Positions 38,690 through 46,533 of a DNA stretch of 46,533 bases are shown here, one piece after another. This DNA is from Granulicella sp. (GTDB lineage: Bacteria > Acidobacteriota > Terriglobia > Terriglobales > Acidobacteriaceae). The stretch covers positions 1-46,533 of the forward strand of contig DAHWNL010000031.1 of assembly GCA_027339965.1 (NCBI GenBank), written 5' to 3'. The notes beneath the pieces were generated by a model. It ran no database searches. It had not been told where the DNA came from and worked only from the letters and a program-made list of their open reading frames with translations. The translations under genes and the position numbers were made by a program. Numbering within the stretch: position 1 is the first letter of the stretch; each line of letters starts with the position of its first letter.

Positions 38690-39598
38690 ATGACCTGGTT
38701 CAAACGCGATACCCACGAGATCTCTCCCACCCAAGGTCACGAGGTGCGGACTCAGGGTCTATGGACCAAGTGCGACCAGTGCCGCAGGACGCTGTGGAAG
38801 GCCGATCTGGATGCCGGCCTGCAGGTATGCCCGAACTGCGGAAAGCACTTCAAGCTGAGCGCGCGGCAGCGCGTCGAAAGCCTGCTGGAACCAGGCTATG
38901 AGCTGGTGGATCTGGAACTTCGCTCGACCGATCCGCTGGAGTTTACGGATTTGAAGCCCTACCAGGCGCGACTGGCGGCGGCGCAGAAGAGCACCGGACT
39001 CAACGATGCGATTATCAACGCGGTGGGCAGGCTCGGGGAGCAGGAGGTGGTGCTCTCGGTGATCGAGTACGGATTCATCGGGGGCAGCATGGGAGCGGTG
39101 ATGGGAGAGACGATCGCCCGGGCCGTGGACCGCGCTCTGGAGCGCCGCGCGCCGCTGATCATCATCTCCGCCAGCGGCGGGGCGCGCATGATGGAAGGCA
39201 TCGCCAGCCTGATGCAGATGGCCAAGGTCTCCGCCGCGCTGGCCCGCCTGGATGCGGCGGGCGTTCCGTTTCTCAGCCTGATGACGGATCCGACCACGGG
39301 CGGCGTGACGGCCAGCTTTGCCATGCTGGGTGATCTCAACCTCGCCGAGCCGGGCGCGCTGATCGGCTTTGCCGGCCCGCGGGTGATCGAACAGACGACC
39401 CGGCAGAAGCTTCCCGAGGGCTTCCAGCGCTCGGAGTTCCTGCTGGAGCATGGCTTCCTGGACGCGGTGGTGGAGCGTAAAGATCTGAAGGCCTACCTGG
39501 CGGAGACCTTAAGCTGGATGACCGAGGAGTGGGAAGGCGGGCAGAGGAAGGCTCCTCCGGCCAGGGAGACGGAGAGCCAGACCGCCGGCATTGCATGA
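38690..39598 (+). CDS. accD: Acetyl-CoA carboxylase carboxyltransferase beta subunit
   Basis: WTKCDQC..CPNC zinc ribbon, GGSMG, SGGARMMEG, PTTGGVTAS, GFAGPRVI. Confidence 0.96.
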   Translation: MTWFKRDTHEISPTQGHEVRTQGLWTKCDQCRRTLWKADLDAGLQVCPNCGKHFKLSARQRVESLLEPGYELVDLELRSTDPLEFTDLKPYQARLAAAQKSTGLNDAIINAVGRLGEQEVVLSVIEYGFIGGSMGAVMGETIARAVDRALERRAPLIIISASGGARMMEGIASLMQMAKVSAALARLDAAGVPFLSLMTDPTTGGVTASFAMLGDLNLAEPGALIGFAGPRVIEQTTRQKLPEGFQRSEFLLEHGFLDAVVERKDLKAYLAETLSWMTEEWEGGQRKAPPARETESQTAGIA

Positions 39599-40511
39599 GA
39601 TTCATCCATCCCGGTCCGCGCTGCGAGTAGCCCTGCGCCGGGCTGCCCACCAGGTGCAGGATGCCCGGCCATTGGTCTTCGAGGATCCACTGGCGGTCCG
39701 GATCCTGAGCGGCGAGCAGCAGCAGGAGCTGCTGCGCACCCCGGATGGCCGAAGGCGGCCCTTTTCCGCCGCTTTGCGCGCCTGGATGGTGGTGCGGGCC
39801 CGGCTGGCCGAAGATACCTTGCAGGCCTGCATCCGGGAGAGGAGTGCCCGCCAGTATCTGGTGCTGGGCGCTGGACTGGATACCTTTGCCTGCCGCAATT
39901 CGTATCCCGCTGTGCGCGTCTTTGAGGTAGACCACCCCGCGACGCAAGCCTGGAAGTTGCAGATGCTGGAGGCGGCCGGCGTGGCTCCGCTGCCCAGCGC
40001 ACGGTTCGTAGCAGTGGATTTTGAGCGGGACAGCTTGCGCGAGCGGCTGCGGAGGGCGGGCTTTGACGAGCAGGCCGTGACCGTGACCGCTTGGCTTGGG
40101 GTGACGCCCTACCTTAGCCGCAGCGCTTTCCATGCCACGCTGCGGGTCCTCTCCGGCTTCGCTGCCGGCAGCCGGGTGGTCTTCGATTACGCCCAGCCCC
40201 GCGCGGCGTTGCCCTGGGCGGAGCAACAGATGCAAGACTCGCTGGGAGCGCGCGTAGCCGCCGCGGGAGAGCCGTTCCAGCTTTTCTTTACCCCCTTCGA
40301 AGTTGCCCGGGAGCTGGAGGGCCTCCGCCTGGCGGTTGGGGAAGACTTGGATGCGGCGGCGCTGAACGCGCGCTATCTCGCCGGCCGCGGCGATGCCCTG
40401 GAGCTGAAGGGTAGAGCGGCGCGAATCTGCGTGGCGACCACGCTGGGCGGCGCCGACGTGGACAAACGGACAGAAGGCCTGAAGAGCGCTGCTCCCGAAG
40501 AGCGCTGCTAA
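39591..40511 (+). CDS. SAM-dependent methyltransferase (LCM / TIGR00027-like)
   Basis: RRAAHQ, FEDPLA, LGAGLDT, FEVDHPATQ and WLGVTPYL motifs. Confidence 0.88.
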   Translation: MHEIHPSRSALRVALRRAAHQVQDARPLVFEDPLAVRILSGEQQQELLRTPDGRRRPFSAALRAWMVVRARLAEDTLQACIRERSARQYLVLGAGLDTFACRNSYPAVRVFEVDHPATQAWKLQMLEAAGVAPLPSARFVAVDFERDSLRERLRRAGFDEQAVTVTAWLGVTPYLSRSAFHATLRVLSGFAAGSRVVFDYAQPRAALPWAEQQMQDSLGARVAAAGEPFQLFFTPFEVARELEGLRLAVGEDLDAAALNARYLAGRGDALELKGRAARICVATTLGGADVDKRTEGLKSAAPEERC

Positions 40512-40550
40512 GGAGACGAACACGGCAGGGGCGGGAGACGGATCGCGAGC

Positions 40551-42110
40551 ATGACCTACGAAGACGCACTGGAACATCTGAAGGCTCTGGGACCGGAGCT
40601 GCGGACGGGAGGTTCAACGGCCACGGGCGGAGGGGGTCTGGGTCAGCGCCGCAAGTTCACGCTGGATCACATCCGCGCGCTGCTGCGCGCCTTGGGCGAG
40701 CCCCAGAAGAGCTTCCCGTCGGTGCTCATCGCAGGCACCAACGGCAAGGGCTCGACGGCCTCGACGCTGGCCTCCATGCTCCATGCGGCCGGGCTCAAGA
40801 CCGGGCTCTACACCTCTCCGCACCTTTTGCGGGTGAATGAGCGGATCCGGGTCTCGCGCGCTCCAGGCCAGGATGCGCAGCCGCCGAGTGCGAACGGCGC
40901 CGTTACGCAGGAGACCACCCGGCTGGCGCAGATTCCCGACGCCGACTTTGGCCGGCTCTACGAGAAGGTCGACGCGGCCGCGGTGGGCCTGATCGCCGCC
41001 GGGGAGCTGCCTCACTCTCCAAGTTACTTTGAGCTGATGACGGCCATGGCCTTCACCTGGTTTGCCGAGCAGAGCATCGAGCTGGCCGTCCTGGAGGTTG
41101 GGCTGGGCGGCCGGCTGGATGCCACCAACAGCGTGGAGCCCATCGTCAGCGTGATCACCGACATCGGCATCGACCACACGGAGTACCTGGGGAACACCAT
41201 CGGCCAGATTGCAGGTGAGAAGGCCGGAATCCTGCGGCCCCACGGCGTTCTGGTGACTCTGGCGCAGCATCCGGAGGCCAATGCGGCCATCGGCGAGGCC
41301 GCCGTGCGGCTGGAGGTTCGCGGCGTGGATGCGGCGCGGTGTCTTCCACCAGCTCGGCTGCCGAACGTTGTGGATTCCGATCTCGCTGCCCAGCAGGCAC
41401 AGGCTGGCGGGTCAAGTCCTCTGCCGGGGAGCGGCTCGCCGCTGGGACGCAACCGCTACGAGCTGAGCTTGGAGGGGGAGATTCTGCACGTTGACTCGCC
41501 TCTCTGCGGGCAGCATCAGCAGCGGAACCTCGCCCTGGCGATCGCCACAGCCCTTGAGTTGCGCAGCAATCACCGGCTGCTGGATGGCCGGCCCGTGGCG
41601 ATTTCCAACGCGGCCATCGAAGAGGGTTTGCGCCAGACGCAGTGGCCGGGACGGTTGGAGTGGCGCTGCGGCGGAGCGGGGCGCGCTGCGCTGCTTCTGG
41701 ATGTGGCGCACAATCCGGCTGGAGCCTGGACGCTGCGAGCGGCTCTGGCCCATCTGCCGGAAGCACAGCCGCGCACGCTGGTCTTCGGCTGCCTGGCGGA
41801 CAAGCCAGTGGAGGAGATAGAGCAGGTGTTGCTGCCGCTGTTCGACTCCGCTTCGAGCGACCCGGCGCGGCGGGGCGATCACGTCATCCTGGCCCCCATT
41901 GAGCATCCCCGCGCCGCGCCGCTGGCGGAGCTTGCCGCCGCCGCCGAGCGGCTGAGCGTTCCCTTCCACGCGGCCGGCAGCGTGAGAGAGGCGCTGGAGC
42001 ATGCCTGGAAGGTGACCCCGGAGCAGGGCGTCATCGTGGTGACCGGCTCCGTCTTCCTGGTGGCAGAGGTCCGCAGCCTGGCGTTGGGCCGGAGCGAGCC
42101 GGAAGGGTGA
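40551..42110 (+). CDS. folC: Folylpolyglutamate/dihydrofolate synthase
   Basis: IAGTNGKGST, YTSPHL, EVGLGGRLDATN, WPGRLE, DVAHNP. Confidence 0.95.
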   Translation: MTYEDALEHLKALGPELRTGGSTATGGGGLGQRRKFTLDHIRALLRALGEPQKSFPSVLIAGTNGKGSTASTLASMLHAAGLKTGLYTSPHLLRVNERIRVSRAPGQDAQPPSANGAVTQETTRLAQIPDADFGRLYEKVDAAAVGLIAAGELPHSPSYFELMTAMAFTWFAEQSIELAVLEVGLGGRLDATNSVEPIVSVITDIGIDHTEYLGNTIGQIAGEKAGILRPHGVLVTLAQHPEANAAIGEAAVRLEVRGVDAARCLPPARLPNVVDSDLAAQQAQAGGSSPLPGSGSPLGRNRYELSLEGEILHVDSPLCGQHQQRNLALAIATALELRSNHRLLDGRPVAISNAAIEEGLRQTQWPGRLEWRCGGAGRAALLLDVAHNPAGAWTLRAALAHLPEAQPRTLVFGCLADKPVEEIEQVLLPLFDSASSDPARRGDHVILAPIEHPRAAPLAELAAAAERLSVPFHAAGSVREALEHAWKVTPEQGVIVVTGSVFLVAEVRSLALGRSEPEG

Positions 42111-42191
42111 ACCGGGATAGCGAACCAGCAGAAGCCCGGGTCAAGGCTGCGGGAGCGGGCTTGCGCCCGGCCGCGATAGCATGAGGAGGAG

Positions 42192-42995
42192 ATGCCTGCA
42201 GCCGACCAGAGCTTGAAAAACGAAGTGGCGGCCAAGCCCGCTGCAGAACCTGAACCACCCCCGCGGCCAGTCTCCTGGCGGCGGCGCTGGGTCAACAACC
42301 TGCTGATCATTCCCCTTTTTGCCCTGGCCACAGCCTTCTTCGGGTCCATCTCGCTGATCTGCGGCCTGTGGGACAGGAGCGGCCGCCAGCAGCATACGAT
42401 CGCCAATCTCTGGGCGCGCTGTCTGCTGCGGATCGGCTTCTCGCCGGTAACGGTCGAGCACGCTGAACGTGTTCCTGCGGGCGCTGCCGTTTACGCCTGC
42501 AATCATCTGAGCTACTACGACACGCCGGTGCTGTTTGCCAAGCTGCCGTTTCAGTTCCGGATCCTGGCCAAGGCCGGGCTGTGGAAGGTTCCCTTCATCG
42601 GCTGGTACCTGAACCGCTCCGGGCAGGTGCCGATCGACCAGAGTTCGGCGCGAGCGGGGGTGGTGAGTCTGGCACGGGGCGCGCGTACGCTGGAGGCCGG
42701 CATGCCCCTGGTGATCTTTCCCGAGGGAGGCCGCGCCGCCAAAGGAGAGTTGCAGCCGATGGCCGCCGGGGCCGCCTGGATGGCCATCAAGGCGCAGGCG
42801 CCGCTGGTGCCGCTCACCCTGGTGGGCACCTATGAGATGTTGCCGATTCACTGCTATGCATTGAAGCCGCGGCCGCTGAAGCTGATCGTCGGCGAGCCGA
42901 TTTCCACTCTCGGCATGAGCACGCGCCAGGCCGAAGAGCTTACCGAGCGGCTGTACGCGGTGATTCACCAGACCTACGTGGCCGAACAGGGCTGA
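42192..42995 (+). CDS. plsC: 1-acyl-sn-glycerol-3-phosphate acyltransferase
   Basis: NHLSYYD (HX4D) and FPEGGR motifs. Confidence 0.88.
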   Translation: MPAADQSLKNEVAAKPAAEPEPPPRPVSWRRRWVNNLLIIPLFALATAFFGSISLICGLWDRSGRQQHTIANLWARCLLRIGFSPVTVEHAERVPAGAAVYACNHLSYYDTPVLFAKLPFQFRILAKAGLWKVPFIGWYLNRSGQVPIDQSSARAGVVSLARGARTLEAGMPLVIFPEGGRAAKGELQPMAAGAAWMAIKAQAPLVPLTLVGTYEMLPIHCYALKPRPLKLIVGEPISTLGMSTRQAEELTERLYAVIHQTYVAEQG

Positions 42996-43011
42996 GAGGA
43001 GACGGACTCCG

Positions 43012-43611
43012 ATGATTGCGCATCTTCGTGGACAGATTCTGAGCAGGACGCCGAATGCGGTGGTGATCGAGTGCGGCGGCGTGGGCTATGAGCTGGCGAT
43101 CTCGGTGACCACCTACACCGAGCTCGGCGAGCCTGGCGCGCAGGCCAGCCTGCACGTGCACACCCACGTCCGGGAGGACGCGCTGCTACTCTTCGGCTTT
43201 GCAGAGCTGACAGAGAAGCGGCTCTTTGAGAAGCTGCTGGCGGTCTCCGGCATCGGGCCGAAGCTGGCGATTACGGTGTTGAGCGGGATCGCCGCCGAGC
43301 GGCTGGCGAGCGCGATTCGCGGCGGGGATCACGCCACGCTGACGCGGATCCCCGGCATCGGCAAGAAGACGGCCGAGCGGGTGGTGCTGGAGCTGAAGGA
43401 CAAGCTGGACGATGTAGCGGCCTTTGCGGCGAGCGGAGCGGCTGCCGCGCCGCCGCTGGGCGTGCTGGAAGAGGATGTGCTGAGCGCTCTGATCAACCTT
43501 GGCTATCCTCGCCCGGTGGCGCAGAAGGCGGTGCAGGCCGCAGCCAGGGATGCCTCGGTCGCCGGCGACTTCGAGCGGCTCTTCCGCGCCGCGATGTCCG
43601 CGGTGCGCTGA
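43012..43611 (+). CDS. ruvA: Holliday junction branch migration protein RuvA
   Basis: MIAHLRG, GGVGY, VREDA, VSGIGPK, IPGIGKKTAER, ALINLGY. Confidence 0.97.
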   Translation: MIAHLRGQILSRTPNAVVIECGGVGYELAISVTTYTELGEPGAQASLHVHTHVREDALLLFGFAELTEKRLFEKLLAVSGIGPKLAITVLSGIAAERLASAIRGGDHATLTRIPGIGKKTAERVVLELKDKLDDVAAFAASGAAAAPPLGVLEEDVLSALINLGYPRPVAQKAVQAAARDASVAGDFERLFRAAMSAVR

Positions 43612-43719
43612 AGCCTGTTCCGCGCGGCGGCATGGCACGTATCCGGGGGACTCGGCCGCGGCCAAAGCATGGGGGAGCGCTTTGAAGGATCACGCCGAAT
43701 AGGTTGGGTGAGGAGCCGG

Positions 43720-43905
43720 CCGCTGGAAACGGAGAGATGCGACGCCGGGAAGCTGTCGTCCTGGATGCTCCGAGCGAAGAGCTTGGCCACCTTGTACTTG
43801 TTCACGACCCTGCCGAGGCGAACTCCGATCTTGTCCCGGCCAGCCAGCGATCCCTTCTCGACCCGGGCGCGCACCTTCTCCAGTTCCTTCTCCGTGGCCG
43901 CCAGC
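43720..43905 (-). mobile_element. Internal fragment of an IS1634-family transposase
   Basis: Frame LAATEKELEKVRARVEKGSLAGRDKIGVRLGRVVNKYKVAKLF resembles the IS1634 helical insertion region; no start, DDE core or ends are visible. Confidence 0.6.
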
Positions 43906-44131
43906 GGGCAGGACGGATGTTCCGCTGGGCCGTTCCGTGTTTTCGAGAGATTGCGAGATGCGCCATCGAAGTTCCCAGGAAGCGAATTGTGGGGCAACCC
44001 AAAGATCTTTATGGCCGTCTTTTTGACCTTGGAGCCAATCGTGGTTTTCGGACACCACAATCCCTGGGGAGGTGGATTGGAAAGAAAGACACGCTCGGCA
44101 GGCTAAATTGCTTCCTTGCGCAGTTGCAGAC

Positions 44132-45891
<1,760 letters not shown>

Positions 45892-45908
45892 GGGAGTTCT
45901 CCTTTGCA

Positions 45909-46259
45909 TCAGTAAAAGTATGGAGCGATGTAGGGGAAAGACAGCGCGATCAGCACCAGGACCGCTACGATCCAGAACAAGGCTTTGTAGAGGTGTTGGG
46001 GTTGCGGCAAGGCGCAGATCGCGCCGGGCAGGCACTTCGCAGCCGGGCGATAATTGCGTCGCCAGGCAAAGAACAATGCGACAAGCGCTACAGCGATGAA
46101 GAGTGGACGATAAGGTTCCAGCTTGCTCAGGTTCCCGATCCATGCGCCGCTGAACCCCAGGGCAATCAACAAGAGTGGCCCCAGGCAGCAGGTTGAAGCG
46201 AGAGCCGCAGCCACTCCACCGAGAGCGAGTATGCCGGATTTTGATCTCTCGGGTGCCAT
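45909..46259 (-). CDS. merT: Mercuric ion transporter
   Basis: ASTCCLGPL, GAWIGNL..LEPYRP, loop C.PG.IC, FPYIAPYFY. Confidence 0.95.
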   Translation of the reverse strand: MAPERSKSGILALGGVAAALASTCCLGPLLLIALGFSGAWIGNLSKLEPYRPLFIAVALVALFFAWRRNYRPAAKCLPGAICALPQPQHLYKALFWIVAVLVLIALSFPYIAPYFY

Positions 46260-46287
46260 GCAATCCCTTCCCTTCCTCTCTGAAAGC

Positions 46288-46319
46288 AGAGTAATCTCCG
46301 TACATAGGTACGGAGTCAA
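46288..46319 (-). promoter_or_regulatory. mer promoter with MerR operator
   Basis: -35 TTGACT; dyad CTCCGTAC-N4-GTACGGAG (46296-46315) as in the Tn21/Tn501 merO/P; -10-like TACTCT at an elongated 20-bp spacer. Confidence 0.92.
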
Positions 46320-46335
46320 GCAGGAAATGCAGATT

Positions 46336-46376
46336 TGTTATAGCTCATTAGAAATGTCCCTTGGTTTTGCCCATTA
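46336..46376. mobile_element. Possible terminus of an IS1202/ISNCY-type element
   Basis: Begins TGT and carries CATTAGAAATGTCC followed by a second CATTA that is cut by the next element. Confidence 0.4.
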
Positions 46377-46533
46377 GAGCATTCTGCATAATGCTGTAGA
46401 CTACAGATGGCGACTCTTCCGCGAGGCAAAGCGTATGGCTAAAGCCTACGAGGGGGAGTATCGCCGCAATTTTCTTTCAGCTTATGAGCAGGGATACGGC
46501 ACGCTGGAGGAATTGGCGGCGGAATTTCGCGTC
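46377..46533 (+). mobile_element. Left end and transposase start (ATG 46435) of an IS630-family element, truncated by the window edge
   Basis: TA|GAGC.. end; open frame MAKAYEGEYRRNFLSAYEQGYGTLEELAAEFRV is an IS630-like N-terminal HTH. Confidence 0.7.

Noticed and set aside
46381..46408. ATTCTGCATAA resembling the XerC arm of a dif site
   Set aside because: No XerD arm (TTATGTTAAAT-like) follows the 6-bp spacer; better explained as part of the IS630 end.

Overview
GC-rich bacterial chromosome window, most likely Acidobacteriota (Acidobacteriaceae-like; inferred from the L34 tail and gene content), spanning the replication-origin region and flanked by accessory islands. Left island (1-~12.55 kb): a single minus-strand defence operon hsdM - [DUF262/HNH (GmrSD-like) protein with a C-terminal HEPN domain] - hsdS - darT - darG - hsdR. 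It is clipped at its 3' end by a probable IS630 end and followed by a divergent hipB with a broken hipA. Core (12.7-43.6 kb): ychF, ddl, ilvA, doxX, htpG, a CSS-EAL phosphodiesterase, dnaN, a probable oriC, jag-yidC-yidD-rnpA-rpmH, dnaA, an ECF sigma/anti-sigma/Tat-ferritin module, thrS, accD, a methyltransferase, folC, plsC and ruvA. The jag..dnaA block is inverted relative to the usual order, leaving oriC with dnaN and away from dnaA. Right island (43.7 kb-end): an IS1634 fragment and merT-merP-merA with an intact MerR operator; the merR position appears to be occupied by nested IS ends. The best candidate for an undescribed system is the three-layer Type I R-M / GmrSD-HEPN / DarTG operon. 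All family calls come from motif recognition by eye; no searches were run.
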